Assembly (NCBI GenBank): GCA_963806185.1
Contig: CAWDXE010000001.1
Location: 736,001-800,000 of the forward strand
Source of the DNA: an uncultured candidate division Zixibacteria bacterium
GTDB taxonomy: Bacteria; Zixibacteria; MSB-5A5; GN15; FEB-12
Reading direction: 5' to 3'
Length of the DNA: 64,000 nt
Each line of letters opens with the position of its first letter. The stretch's first letter is position 1. The position numbers were made by a program, and so were the translations under genes. This document shows positions 11,501-21,063 of this stretch, piece after piece. The notes under the pieces are model-generated. The model was given only the letters and a program-made list of their open reading frames with translations. It searched no databases and was not told the DNA's origin.

Positions 11501-14500
11501 ATTTCGTGCCCGCCCGGCCCGATTGCCGTTTCGCTCTGCGCGCCCGGACAGGTCTGCCAGATGATCGCCATCACCCCCGGCACAGCGAACGTGACAACAT
11601 CGCTCGGTACCTATTCCGCCGGCCAACTCTGCTTTAATGCACCGACATCAGGCACGTACAACGCGACCCTTATCGCTTCTACTCCGTGCGGAGCCGACAC
11701 CTGCCTGGTGACATTCAATGTGACGATTGGCAGCGCTCCACAACTCACGTGCCCCGGAGTAACGAGCAAGTTCCTTTGTACTGCCGGCCAGGTCTGTATC
11801 CCGATCGGCGTGGTGGGCGGGGGAACAGTCTCCGTTTTACCGATTGGTTCCTACAATAGCGGCGACGTCTGTTTCACGGCCGACTCGAGCGGCCACTACG
11901 TGCTTACGGTAATTGCCTCAGGCACTTGTGGCGCCGATACGTGTACGCTTGAAGCCAACGTCCAAATCAACAGCCACCCGGTGGCCACTAACCCACCGGC
12001 CAATATCGATACCTTCCTCTGCGCCGGCGCGCAGATCTGCAGACAGTTTGCCGCGTCGGATCCCAACGGTGGCGCCCTGACCTGGTCGCGACTCTCCGGA
12101 GCCGGTACCGTGACCGCCGGTGGCCTCTGGTGCTTCACGGCAAACACGAGTGGCATCTATTCTGTTGTGGTTGCGGTCGCCGATTCCTGCGGCGCCGCCG
12201 ACACGGTCTCGATGCAATATACGGTCGCCATCAATACCGCCCCGATCGTCCAATTCGGCAACGATACGACGCTCTTCCAGTGCGCTAATGCCCAGTTCTG
12301 CGTCCCGTACACGGTGACTGATCCCAACGGCAACGTCACTCTCGAACAGCTCTTTGTCGGCACGGGCAGTATCGATACCGCCGCCAATACTGTTTGCTTC
12401 ACTCCTGCCGGTGCCGGTACGTACACGTTCGTCGTAAAAGCAACTGACGCGTGCGGTGCGACGGACGTCGACACGATTGTTGTCACCATTACTGCCAACC
12501 ACGCCCCTGTGGCCAATGCGGGCCCGGATCAAGTGCTTAAGCTGTGCACGCCCACTCAGGTCTGTTGGCCGGCGTCATGCACCGATCCGGATGGCAACCT
12601 GGATAGCTGCAAATTGATCGGCGGCCCCGGCACTTACGCCGGCGGTCAGATTTGCTTCACACCCGGCGCCTCTGGAAGCTACACCTTCATTACTCGGGCA
12701 GTCGATCACTGTGGCATCGCTGATCAGGATACGGCGATCATTACGATCACACTCAACGCCCCACCGGTCTGTCATATGCCTCCGGCTGAAACAACCCTGG
12801 TCGTCCAGTGTGCGCCTGCGCAGATCAGTCTGCCGGTCGGCGCCACTGACCCCAATGGCAATTTCTCACACTGTGAATTGGTCACCGGACCCGGCTCACT
12901 GGTGGGAGGAAACTGGGTCTTCACCCCTACTGTCGACCAGTTGGTGAAAGTCAAAGTGCAGTGCAGCGATTCGTGCGGCGCGTTCTGCGTCGATTCGTTC
13001 TTCGTAAAGATCAATCTCAACGCTGCGCCGGTAGCCAACGCCGGTCGCGATACCTCTGTGTTCGTCTGCAGCACCAAGACCATCTGCGTAGCGGCGGGAT
13101 GCACCGACGAAGATCATAATCTGTCTTCTTGTGAGTTGATCTCACCGTTTGGGAGCTACGACAGCAACACCGGCCAGATTTGCCTGACCGTCAATAACGG
13201 TGACGGCTCGGACAAGACGTACCAGCTCATACTCAAAGCCACTGACTCGTGCGGCGCGGTCGACTTCGACACGTCGATAGTCTCGGTGAACATGAACGCC
13301 GCACCGGCGATCAGCGCCCCTTCTGATTTCACAGCCTACCTCGATGCTATCGGACCCGTCTGCTTCGACATCACTGTGAATGACCCCGACGCCAATTTGG
13401 CCAGTGTGACCGTGTCACCGTTCGGCACCTACAACGCCGGGCACGTCTGCTTCGATGCCGACTCAACGGGCGTCTACTGTCTGGTTCTCACCGCCACCGA
13501 TCAATGCGGTCTAACCGACAAGGACACGGTTTGTGTTAATGTGCAGATTGACGAGTGTTTCCACGTCCAGATCGAGAAGGTGCATGATGCGATGCAGGGC
13601 CAGCATTCGCTCGTCGACATTTTCCTCAACTCCTCCGGTAAACCAGTCGGCGGCTTTAGCTTCCTTATCGCGTACGACAACTCTGCCCTCTTCCCGTCGA
13701 CCGTTACGCCCGGCGCACTCCTAACCGGCTGCAGTTGGGAGTACTTCACCTTCCGCTTCGGTGCCAACGGGAATTGCGGCAACGCCTGCCCCAGCGGGCT
13801 GCTGTCTGTCACGGCGCTCGCCGAGACCAATAATGGCGCCTACCACCCAGGATGCTATCTCGATGGCCAGGTTGGTACGTTAGCGACACTCGACTTCCTC
13901 GTCTCCAACGATCGCACGCTGGAATGCCAGTATGCACCGGTGCGCTTCTTCTGGCTGGAATGCGGCGACAACACCTTCTCCTCCAAGTACGGAGATACGC
14001 TCTGGATTTCGCGCAACGTGTACGATCTGGAACTGAACAATATCACCAACACCAGCTACAGCCTCCCCGGCTACTATGGCGCACCGAACGAGTGTCTCGT
14101 ACCCGGCGGCAAAGGCTTGCCGCAGCGCTGTATCGACTTCACCAACGGCGGCATCGACATCGTCTGCGCCGACTCTATCGACGCCCGAGGCGATATCAAT
14201 CTCAACGATCTTCCCTACGAGATCGCCGACGTAGTGATGTTCACGCAGTACTTTATCAAAGGCTTGGCGGCATTCCCGCGTGATTGCCCCGGCTGCATAC
14301 CGCCAACCTATGCGACGCAGGGGGCGATCGCCGCCTCCGACGTTAACGCTGACGGCGTTCCGCTGACTGTCGGCGACCTCGTCTACCTGATCCGCGTCGT
14401 CGTGGGTGATGCCGCTCCGTACGAGAAGCTCAACCCCAATGCCGGTTATGAAGCAACGGTTGCGGTAAGTGGTACGACCGTGCGCGTAAGCGAGTCCAAT

Positions 14501-15013
14501 GTCCGTTTGGCCGGTGCGCAAATCGTCGTGGAAGGTGATGTCACGCCGACACTCGGCAGCGCCGCTCGCGATATGGAATTGCAGTACAGCTTTGACGGCA
14601 CCGTGACTCGCATTCTGGTGTTCAGTTCCAATCACAAGGCTTCTCTGCAAACCGGCGAATTGCTCAACCTGGGCGGCCAGTTCACGGTGAAGAGCGTCGA
14701 TCTGGGAGCCGTTGATGGTTCGGTCGTGGTCGCCAGGCTTTCCAGCTTGCCCAGCGAATACAGCTTGAGCCAGAACTATCCCAACCCGTTTAACCCGGTC
14801 ACCAGGATCAACTTCGCTCTGCCTGAGGCGGGCAAGTGGAAGCTCGACGTGTACAACATCCTTGGCCAGACAGTCAATTCGTTTGAGGGTGAAGATCAGG
14901 CTGGGTACTATCAGGTAACCTGGGATGCCTCCGCTTACGCGTCCGGCGTCTACTTCTATCGCCTGAGCTCGGGCACCTATAGCGCCACTAAGAAGATGGT
15001 ACTTCTCAAGTAA
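8516..15013 (+). CDS. 2165-aa secreted protein: vWA domain, 14 Cys-rich Ig/PKD-like repeats, cohesin-like and dockerin-like modules, T9SS-type C-terminal sorting domain
   Basis: RBS ggagg; signal peptide; MIDAS DISGSM...FTDG; ~85-aa repeats N-x-x-P...C...D-x-x-G-N...CFTP...DSC..DT; GGFSFLIAYD; GDINLN and DVNADG; SQNYPNPFNP...SGVYFYRL...KKMVLLK. Confidence 0.9.
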   Translation: MYRRLFIGIFLLLCLTSVANAQYIIIGPPDDQTIVDTSIHPSPAPARLKPFDATASPGTVTSLDLSQLDCSQFPSICAYVDVLDGSGNPISGLNPDSFCVFQNGVPIPSFTVQQLTAGNCITSVCLVVDISGSMTTDHRLDSAKSAMHRFVNNMDTYDQVAIVTFSSCWSLLINFTSNKTSLHNAINGLSANGNTAAFDGIYKGVDFARFQLGSKAVIAFTDGVENRSHLCAPNPPDGVTDNTYSDDSTAIVNLANSAGVPIYTFNLGPIDTTWFNPYALQKFANATGGFWSHAPTGAAIDSLYSKIKQRLCSRYYICYQSTDTIANGDIHWTKICKKTGPNCTLCDSASCQETAPPVIVRTPATINLSNSCQSTTSPASICAYVTDLDTPKASLVVTLYYRTGPSSYTSITMTPTGAPTDSTFCASIPISALKCQTFVDYYITASDGQATVSSPQVNPQVSPHNFALCPNHPPTANAGADQFVFQCAPAQLCWAASCSDVDGNLKSCVLFSGPGTYNGSQICFTPNTTMNYEFVLKATDSCDAVGYDTVVIHYTLNSAPVANAGRDSTLFLCTPQEICWTAGCTDPNNNLSTCQLLSGPGTYNGSQICFTPPSSGSYQFVLKATDSCGLTSQDTSIINVTINSAPVCIVPNETTFAQCAPTQVCLPYSATDVNGNFRSCQIVSGPGSLVGGNWCYTPSTTQNVTVTIHCDDSCNAYCESSFTVHFLVNQPPTIAFGNDTSLFLCASQQICLSYTVSDADNNVNLEQLVSGPGTIDTGANTVCFTPVASGTYTFVVRAQDTCLTQDLDTINVTVALNQKPIAGAGADQNLFLCSATQICWPASVSDPNGNLQSSALTGPGSFDGSQICFTPAASGIYTFVLAATDSCGEQAADTVSIQVTLNGAPTIAFGNDTTISLCSSQQFCFGYAVSDPNGPGSIVETMVSGFGAIDTSLNQICFTPAVSGTYQFIVRATDSCGAYDNDTISVTVTIGAVADISCPPGPIAVSLCAPGQVCQMIAITPGTANVTTSLGTYSAGQLCFNAPTSGTYNATLIASTPCGADTCLVTFNVTIGSAPQLTCPGVTSKFLCTAGQVCIPIGVVGGGTVSVLPIGSYNSGDVCFTADSSGHYVLTVIASGTCGADTCTLEANVQINSHPVATNPPANIDTFLCAGAQICRQFAASDPNGGALTWSRLSGAGTVTAGGLWCFTANTSGIYSVVVAVADSCGAADTVSMQYTVAINTAPIVQFGNDTTLFQCANAQFCVPYTVTDPNGNVTLEQLFVGTGSIDTAANTVCFTPAGAGTYTFVVKATDACGATDVDTIVVTITANHAPVANAGPDQVLKLCTPTQVCWPASCTDPDGNLDSCKLIGGPGTYAGGQICFTPGASGSYTFITRAVDHCGIADQDTAIITITLNAPPVCHMPPAETTLVVQCAPAQISLPVGATDPNGNFSHCELVTGPGSLVGGNWVFTPTVDQLVKVKVQCSDSCGAFCVDSFFVKINLNAAPVANAGRDTSVFVCSTKTICVAAGCTDEDHNLSSCELISPFGSYDSNTGQICLTVNNGDGSDKTYQLILKATDSCGAVDFDTSIVSVNMNAAPAISAPSDFTAYLDAIGPVCFDITVNDPDANLASVTVSPFGTYNAGHVCFDADSTGVYCLVLTATDQCGLTDKDTVCVNVQIDECFHVQIEKVHDAMQGQHSLVDIFLNSSGKPVGGFSFLIAYDNSALFPSTVTPGALLTGCSWEYFTFRFGANGNCGNACPSGLLSVTALAETNNGAYHPGCYLDGQVGTLATLDFLVSNDRTLECQYAPVRFFWLECGDNTFSSKYGDTLWISRNVYDLELNNITNTSYSLPGYYGAPNECLVPGGKGLPQRCIDFTNGGIDIVCADSIDARGDINLNDLPYEIADVVMFTQYFIKGLAAFPRDCPGCIPPTYATQGAIAASDVNADGVPLTVGDLVYLIRVVVGDAAPYEKLNPNAGYEATVAVSGTTVRVSESNVRLAGAQIVVEGDVTPTLGSAARDMELQYSFDGTVTRILVFSSNHKASLQTGELLNLGGQFTVKSVDLGAVDGSVVVARLSSLPSEYSLSQNYPNPFNPVTRINFALPEAGKWKLDVYNILGQTVNSFEGEDQAGYYQVTWDASAYASGVYFYRLSSGTYSATKKMVLLK

Positions 15014-15039
15014 TCGCCGCGCACTGCGGATTGATGAAA

Positions 15040-15074
15040 GAAGGACAGGTCACGGTGACCTGTCCTTCGCTTTT
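15040..15074 (+). terminator. Rho-independent terminator
   Basis: Perfect 14-bp inverted repeat gaaggacaggtcac-g-gtgacctgtccttc followed by gctttt, just after the stop codon. Confidence 0.75.
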
Positions 15075-15159
15075 GTGACTTTACTGCTTTCCAGCGATTA
15101 TGAAAAGGCCGTAGTTGGTGGTCATGGGCCGACGTGAATCCGCCCGGAGAATTGCCCTT

Positions 15160-16359
15160 ATGTTCTGCCGAACATCCCTGTGCCTCATATTTCTGTTGCT
15201 GTGCCCCTCGTGCCTTCGGTCGGAATCGACATCCCTTGCGGACTTCTGGAACACGCCCCGGCACGGCGCCAATTGCTTCAACAAAAAAGTAACCTCCGCA
15301 TGGTGGGCCGCCGCCCACTCAGCCGGCCTTGATCTGGTTCGGCTCACCTTCTCCAAGTGGCAATCCGCCCATCGCGATTTCCTCATCGGCAATGCCGATC
15401 GATACGAAGGGCTCGTGCAGGCAGATTTGAATATACTGCGGTCGGTGCTCGATACGGCCCAGAGCTATGGCCTTCGCGTTGTCCTTGTCCCGCTGTCCGT
15501 TCCCGGTGCACGCTGGCGCCAGCAGAACGGCGACAGATTTGATCTTCGCCTGTGGCGAGATACTACCTATCGCACGCAGGTCTGCGCCTTCTGGCATGAT
15601 CTTGCGACAGCCCTCAAGGGACATCCGGCCCTGGCTGGGTACAATGTTCTCAATGAACCGATCCCTGAAAAGACGGCCATCCTTCAGCCGGATTCAGCTG
15701 AATTGGCAAAGTGGTATGCCACGACGTTGGGCACAGCAGCCGATCTTAACGAATTCAATCGCCGGGTGGTGCGATCTATTCGTGAGGTAGATGCAACCAT
15801 GCCGGTCATTCTTGATGCTGGCTGGTGGGCCAATCCAAACGGCTTCGCTTATCTGACGCCGCTTTCTGATTCGCTGGTGTACTACTCATTCCATGTGTAC
15901 GAACCTTGGAACTTCACTAATAGGAAAGCCAACAACGGCCGAATCGCCTACGGCCGCGATTCAATCGCATACCAGTGTTCCGATCGGGAACACTGGCTGG
16001 TCGATATGCCATTGCTGCAGTGCATTGTCGAGCCTGTTGCCAGGTGGCAGGCTCGATTCCACATTCCCTCGACCCATATCATCGCAGGAGAATTTGGCTG
16101 CCATCGGATGAGCCCCGGCGCCGACCGATATCTGACGGACTTGATCGACATCTTTGACACCCACGGCTGGCATTGGGCGTTCTATTCCTTCCGCGAAGAC
16201 ACCTGGGATGGCATGGATTACGAAATCGGCTCAAGACCTCTTGGGGAGAATTATTGGGAGGCTGTTGAGAGGGGTGACTCGCCTGAACCGCCCAGAGCGG
16301 ATAACCCGCTCTGGCGGGTTATCGCCGATCATCTGATAAAGACGCCGACACCGCGCTGA
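15160..16359 (+). CDS. Glycoside hydrolase family 5 (cellulase-like); start uncertain
   Basis: YNVLNEP acid/base motif; YSFHVYEP; GEFG nucleophile; HWAFYSF; N-terminal signal-like stretch. Confidence 0.85.
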   Translation: MFCRTSLCLIFLLLCPSCLRSESTSLADFWNTPRHGANCFNKKVTSAWWAAAHSAGLDLVRLTFSKWQSAHRDFLIGNADRYEGLVQADLNILRSVLDTAQSYGLRVVLVPLSVPGARWRQQNGDRFDLRLWRDTTYRTQVCAFWHDLATALKGHPALAGYNVLNEPIPEKTAILQPDSAELAKWYATTLGTAADLNEFNRRVVRSIREVDATMPVILDAGWWANPNGFAYLTPLSDSLVYYSFHVYEPWNFTNRKANNGRIAYGRDSIAYQCSDREHWLVDMPLLQCIVEPVARWQARFHIPSTHIIAGEFGCHRMSPGADRYLTDLIDIFDTHGWHWAFYSFREDTWDGMDYEIGSRPLGENYWEAVERGDSPEPPRADNPLWRVIADHLIKTPTPR

Positions 16360-16408
16360 TCGCAGTCTCGATGGCCCCGCTGCTTCTGCTCCGCTGAAAT
16401 CCGCGCCA

Positions 16409-17137
16409 TTACAGTCTGTCAGTCCGACGTCGCTTATACTCGCGCAGCTTTTCCTCACCGAGCGGTGTGGCTCGTTTCACCCTCATGCTGTCCCGCCACT
16501 CTGCCGCAAAATCCCGCTGGTATCGCCAGTTGATGGCGGCAACAATCAACATTCCGAGACACGCTCCCATGGTCGCAAGCGCCATGTCCTTGTGCGCATC
16601 CCAGACATCCCCCTGTGTGCCGAGATAAGCCATACCCAGATCGCCGCCCACGATCAGCGTTACACCCCACTCTATCAACTCATACAACATTGAAAGCGAC
16701 ATGACCAACTCAATAGGCAGATAGTAGCTCCACGCCCCTTTCGACTGAGCTACACGCATGAACAGTTCTCGCATCGGGTACGCGAAGAGCAAACCAAATG
16801 AAAAATGCACGAGCCGATCGAAGTGATTTCGCTGAAAGCCGAACATGTCGGCAAACGAGAAGCCGATTGCCCTCGTCCACTTCTCGTACGGTACCTCGGC
16901 ATAAGTGTAGTGAGCGCCGATCGTGTGAAGGCAGAGAAATACAAAGAGTACCGTATAAGATACTTTGCTCAACCGGAAGCGATTGCGAGTGAACACCAGC
17001 AGTCCGATAAACGCCACGGTGAGCAGGTTTTCAAGAACCCAGTCGGAGAAATGGGACGGTCCGGCTGCCCAGATCATCCACCAGACCGCGAAGACGCACA
17101 ATAGAATTGTGGGATATGACAATCGCTTATGATTCAT
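16409..17137 (-). CDS. DUF2238 (YjdF-like) inner-membrane protein
   Basis: DWVLEN, HTIGAHYTYAEVP, RNHFDRLVHF and LGTQGDVWDAHKDM family motifs. Confidence 0.9.
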   Translation of the reverse strand: MNHKRLSYPTILLCVFAVWWMIWAAGPSHFSDWVLENLLTVAFIGLLVFTRNRFRLSKVSYTVLFVFLCLHTIGAHYTYAEVPYEKWTRAIGFSFADMFGFQRNHFDRLVHFSFGLLFAYPMRELFMRVAQSKGAWSYYLPIELVMSLSMLYELIEWGVTLIVGGDLGMAYLGTQGDVWDAHKDMALATMGACLGMLIVAAINWRYQRDFAAEWRDSMRVKRATPLGEEKLREYKRRRTDRL

Positions 17138-17662
17138 GGTGGTCGGAGTATGTCTCCGTTGACGAAATCTTGCAACTAATTTTCCGGGGTCGTTGACTGG
17201 TCCACCGGCAGGCAAAAAATACAGGGATGGCAGCATCCTGCAGACCATCCCCGTTGCAAGAAACGTCCAAAACTACTTCATCAGCAGCATGGACCTGGAT
17301 GCGGTAAAGGGTCCCGCTTCAATTCGACATAGATCCCAGAGCGCCCGGAATTGGCCGCAAATCTGGACACAGGGTCAAATATCAGCTTGAGAATGAACGG
17401 TCAGGCTAACGGTGATAAAACGAATACAACCCGTCAGTGCCGGACATTCACCTCGGCTTTGTGTGCGGTAATGGTGATGTGTGCGTTGTCGATGAAATAC
17501 ACTTTAATATCAGGGCTGATACAGATCCATGCAAGCCATTTCTGTAAGCGCCAAAGGGCTGCACCCGGGGCTATTGTCCGCCTTGTGCCGCATTCACCAG
17601 ACACCACACCGTACCTGCCGCCAGTTTACAAATCGATTGTGTTGACCTATAATCTAAGATGA

Positions 17663-18523
17663 TTGATGAGAGGACAGCTGGCGGTGATTGGTGATATCGG
17701 ACTGGTTTTACTCGGTATTGCGGTAGGGGCTTTCGGCACGCTTATCGGCGCCGGCGGCGGGTTCATTCTTGTCCCCATCCTGCTTCTGTTGTACCCCGGC
17801 GACTCGCCCGAACTCATCACCAGCATCTCGTTGGCTGTGGTGTTCTTCAATGCCGCATCCGGCTCGATCGCGTACGGCCGCATGGGGCGCATAGATTACA
17901 AGTCGGGCCTTGTCTTCGCCCTCGCCGCTGTACCAGGCGCCATACTCGGAGCACTGACCACACAGTTCATCCCGCGACAAATCTTCAATATTATCTTCGG
18001 CGTACTTCTGCTCCTTGCGGCGATCTATCTGGCAACGCGGCGTTCTCGCGAACGTAAGACTAGCCACCATCCTCGTCCCGGTCATTTCGTTCGTCGTATT
18101 GTCGAACGGGATGGTACTGCTCATGAGTACTCCTTCAATCTCTGGATCGGTATCGTCACGAGTGCTTTGGTCGGCTACCTCTCTAGTTTGCTTGGTATCG
18201 GGGGAGGTATCGTTCATGTGCCGGTAATGGCAACCTTGCTGGACTTCCCCGTCCATCTGGCAACAGCCACGTCGCACTTTGTCCTCGCGCTGATGGCTTT
18301 AACCGGCACGATTGTTCACATCGCATCCGGTTCCTTCGACCACGGTATCGTGATGACCCTATGCTTGGCGGCTGGAGTGGTGATTGGAGCGCAAATCGGC
18401 GCCCGCCTTTCGAGCCGGATTCACGGCGACTGGATTATCCGCAGCCTGGCCGTCGCCCTGGCGCTGGTCGGTATGCGCATTCTGGCCATGGCTTTGCCTG
18501 CCTCGTGGCAATTCTGGAAATAG
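17663..18523 (+). CDS. TauE/SafE family sulfite exporter; start uncertain
   Basis: Duplicated GxGGG motifs (GAGGGFILVP, GIGGGIVHVP); ATATS; multiple TM helices. Confidence 0.88.
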   Translation: MMRGQLAVIGDIGLVLLGIAVGAFGTLIGAGGGFILVPILLLLYPGDSPELITSISLAVVFFNAASGSIAYGRMGRIDYKSGLVFALAAVPGAILGALTTQFIPRQIFNIIFGVLLLLAAIYLATRRSRERKTSHHPRPGHFVRRIVERDGTAHEYSFNLWIGIVTSALVGYLSSLLGIGGGIVHVPVMATLLDFPVHLATATSHFVLALMALTGTIVHIASGSFDHGIVMTLCLAAGVVIGAQIGARLSSRIHGDWIIRSLAVALALVGMRILAMALPASWQFWK

Positions 18524-18751
18524 CCGTAGCACCCGATCACTCCGGATGTTCTTAAAAAAAGTGGGCGCAAAACTCCGGTTTAATCGTATATTACTCTTGT
18601 GAACGGCCCTTCTCGGCCGTCCATCGTGGCCACCGGCCTGCCACGGTGACCCCGGCACACGATTTTCGGCACATTACGAAGCGGTCGACGACCCTGACCC
18701 GCATGCGTCATCGCCGCCACCGCCCAACATATACAGACCTTGAGGTGTGGT

Positions 18752-19084
18752 ATGAAAACGTTTGTGCTGATGAGTCGGTACTGTCCTCACGGACCGAGCC
18801 TCGTTGAGGTCGCTGCCCGCGTCAAGGATGGTAACAAGATCGGACGCGCCTGGATCGAGAAAGCCCAGACGCTCGTCCCCGAAGCAAAGTTTGTCGCCCA
18901 CTATGCTTTGCTGGGCGGCTACGATTTCATGGATATCTATGAAGCGCCCGATGAACAGGCTGCCGCGAAGGTGGCCATGATCGGAAATGCCAATGGTGCC
19001 TTCATGGTCGAGACCTGGACGGCAATCCCAGACCACTTCCTGGTTCAGCTCGCCCGTGAAGTAGAGCGCGCCGCAAATCCATGA
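18752..19084 (+). CDS. GYD-domain protein
   Basis: YALLGGYDFMDIYEAPD and ETWTAI; RBS gaggt. Confidence 0.8.
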   Translation: MKTFVLMSRYCPHGPSLVEVAARVKDGNKIGRAWIEKAQTLVPEAKFVAHYALLGGYDFMDIYEAPDEQAAAKVAMIGNANGAFMVETWTAIPDHFLVQLAREVERAANP

Positions 19085-19203
19085 GTCGTATTCCGTCGGG
19101 CGCTGGCGGTGTGCAACAGCGCCCGACAAAGCATTTGTTGCGGTCTGCCTAGACGCTTCCGCACTCTGTCTTTTGCACGGCTTCGGTACTGACTGTCGCG
19201 ACT

Positions 19204-19893
19204 ATGGTGAATATTTCTTCTCGAGTTGCGCTCATGCGCGAATACTACGATCGTCGCGCTCCATGGCATGATGACTACATGGATGCGTCCTCGCTCGATG
19301 GGCTCAGAGCGCGATTCGCTGAAGTGCTTTCTGTCGTGACGCCGCTTGTTCGCGACGCTACCGTGCTTGAAATCGCCTGCGGCACGGGCAACTGGACCCA
19401 GCTACTGGCCGAGCATGCTCGCACGGTCACGGCCATCGACAGCAGCCCGCGTGCGCTTGATCTCGCCGCCGTCAAATTGCGCCTTGCAGAGAATGTGACG
19501 CTGTGTTGTCTTGACGCTTTTGAGATCGACCAAATAGGCGGTCGGTTTGATTGCCTGTTCGCATCCGACTGGTATTCTCACATTCCCCGGTCGCTCATTC
19601 CTGTCTTTCTAACAAAACTGAAGACCGTAGCCCGTTCAGGCGCCAAGCTCATTCTTCTCGACATGAATTGCTTTCGGGAGCTGGCCGAAGAAATCTCCGG
19701 CTATGATGAAGAAGGTAATTGCCTCAGTCGAAGGGAACTGCCGGATGGCTCGGTGTATGAGATCATCAAGAATTTCCCCACCGAGGAAGACCTTCGTAGC
19801 CAGCTGCGGGGCTGGGGGTCAAACACAAGATTCATCCTGCCAGGTCAGCTAAATCGTTGGCTTACAATAACAAACAGGTCGATCGTTAGATAG
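19204..19893 (+). CDS. Class I SAM-dependent methyltransferase
   Basis: VLEIACGTGNWT motif I; AIDSS; WYSHIP; YEIIKNFP. Confidence 0.88.
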   Translation: MVNISSRVALMREYYDRRAPWHDDYMDASSLDGLRARFAEVLSVVTPLVRDATVLEIACGTGNWTQLLAEHARTVTAIDSSPRALDLAAVKLRLAENVTLCCLDAFEIDQIGGRFDCLFASDWYSHIPRSLIPVFLTKLKTVARSGAKLILLDMNCFRELAEEISGYDEEGNCLSRRELPDGSVYEIIKNFPTEEDLRSQLRGWGSNTRFILPGQLNRWLTITNRSIVR

Positions 19894-19939
19894 TCCTGCA
19901 GATTTCACTAATTTCGCTTGCATCCCCGCAACTTTTCCC

Positions 19940-19972
19940 GATATTATATCGTAATGATATCATAATGATATC
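19940..19972 (+). promoter_or_regulatory. Tandem TAATGATATC repeats, likely the operator of the SPFH-RHH operon
   Basis: TAATGATATC at 19952-19961 and 19963-19972, plus a degenerate copy at 19941-19950 (11-nt period), directly before RBS aggagg. Confidence 0.6.
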
Positions 19973-19984
19973 TCAGGAGGTAAT

Positions 19985-20842
19985 ATGATTAAAGAACGCG
20001 AAATCCACGCCATATCGGGTTGGGGTCCCTTGATCCTGCTCTTCGTGGTAATCCTAGGCTGCATCGGCGGCATTATTGTTGGGCCGGTGGCCATTAAGGT
20101 TGCCTGTGCGGTCGTCATGCTCGTATCCATTATTCTTCTGTGCGGCCTGTTCATGGTGAACCCGAACGAAGGGCGTGTGCTGCAACTCTTCGGACGGTAC
20201 ATGGGCACGGCCAAGACCGAAGGTCTGCGCTGGGCAAATCCGTTCTACACGGAGAAACGCGTCTCATTGCGCGTGCGGAATTTCGAGACCAACCGGATGA
20301 AGGTGAACGATATCGACGGCAATCCGATCGAAATTGGCGCGATCGTGGTTTGGAAAGTAGTGGACACCGCCGAGGCTACTTTCCAGGTAGACAGCTACGA
20401 AGGGTTCGTCAAAATCCAGAGCGAGGCGGCCGTCCGTAATCTCGCCACCAAGTACCCGTACGACCATCCCGGTGAAGACAATGTCGCGCTGCGCAGTCAA
20501 CCGATGGTCGTCGCCAAACTTCTGCAGGAGGAAATACAAGATCGTCTCCAGCAGGCCGGTGTCGAGGTCATGGAAGCGCGCTTGTCGCACCTCGCCTACG
20601 CGCCGGAAATTGCGGAGGCTATGCTCCGACGTCAACAGGCCGGCGCAGTCGTGGCCGCCCGCAGACTGATTGTCGACGGTGCTGTCGGCATGGTCGAAAT
20701 GGCCCTCGACGAACTCGCGAAAAAGAACATCATCGAGTTTGATACCGAGCGCAAAGCTGCCATGGTCTCGAATCTGCTCGTGGTGCTTTGCAGTGAGTCG
20801 TCCAGTCAGCCGGTCATCAACACAGGCACACTCTATCATTGA
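19985..20842 (+). CDS. SPFH/band-7 domain membrane protein
   Basis: Two N-terminal TMs; [48 protein letters not shown]. Confidence 0.92.
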   Translation: MIKEREIHAISGWGPLILLFVVILGCIGGIIVGPVAIKVACAVVMLVSIILLCGLFMVNPNEGRVLQLFGRYMGTAKTEGLRWANPFYTEKRVSLRVRNFETNRMKVNDIDGNPIEIGAIVVWKVVDTAEATFQVDSYEGFVKIQSEAAVRNLATKYPYDHPGEDNVALRSQPMVVAKLLQEEIQDRLQQAGVEVMEARLSHLAYAPEIAEAMLRRQQAGAVVAARRLIVDGAVGMVEMALDELAKKNIIEFDTERKAAMVSNLLVVLCSESSSQPVINTGTLYH

Positions 20843-20845
20843 GTT

Positions 20846-21040
20846 ATGGCTGAACGGAAGTCATTCCTACTGCGCATCGAAAAGGAGATGCTCGACCAGC
20901 TCCAGGGATGGGCTGACGATGAATTGCGCAGTCTCAACGGCCAGCTCGAGTATCTTTTGAGGGATGCATTACGCAAGGCGGGGCGTCTCAAAGCCCCGCC
21001 GGGCGCGGCCGGATCGTCAACTACTGAATCAGAGAAGTAG
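20846..21040 (+). CDS. Small Arc-like ribbon-helix-helix DNA-binding protein
   Basis: RKSFLLRI...WADDELRSLNGQLEYLLR; starts 3 nt after the SPFH stop. Confidence 0.85.
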   Translation: MAERKSFLLRIEKEMLDQLQGWADDELRSLNGQLEYLLRDALRKAGRLKAPPGAAGSSTTESEK

Positions 21041-21063
21041 TCTTGTCGTTGCCACGGTGACGT

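Noticed and set aside
9926..13549. DNA-level tandem repeat or diversity-generating retroelement target in the giant gene
   Set aside because: Repeats are diverged protein-domain duplications; no reverse transcriptase or adenine-specific template/variable pair was seen.
17140..17660. Gene or ncRNA in the gap between DUF2238 and TauE
   Set aside because: Only short ORFs without motifs or a clear RBS, and no recognisable RNA structure.
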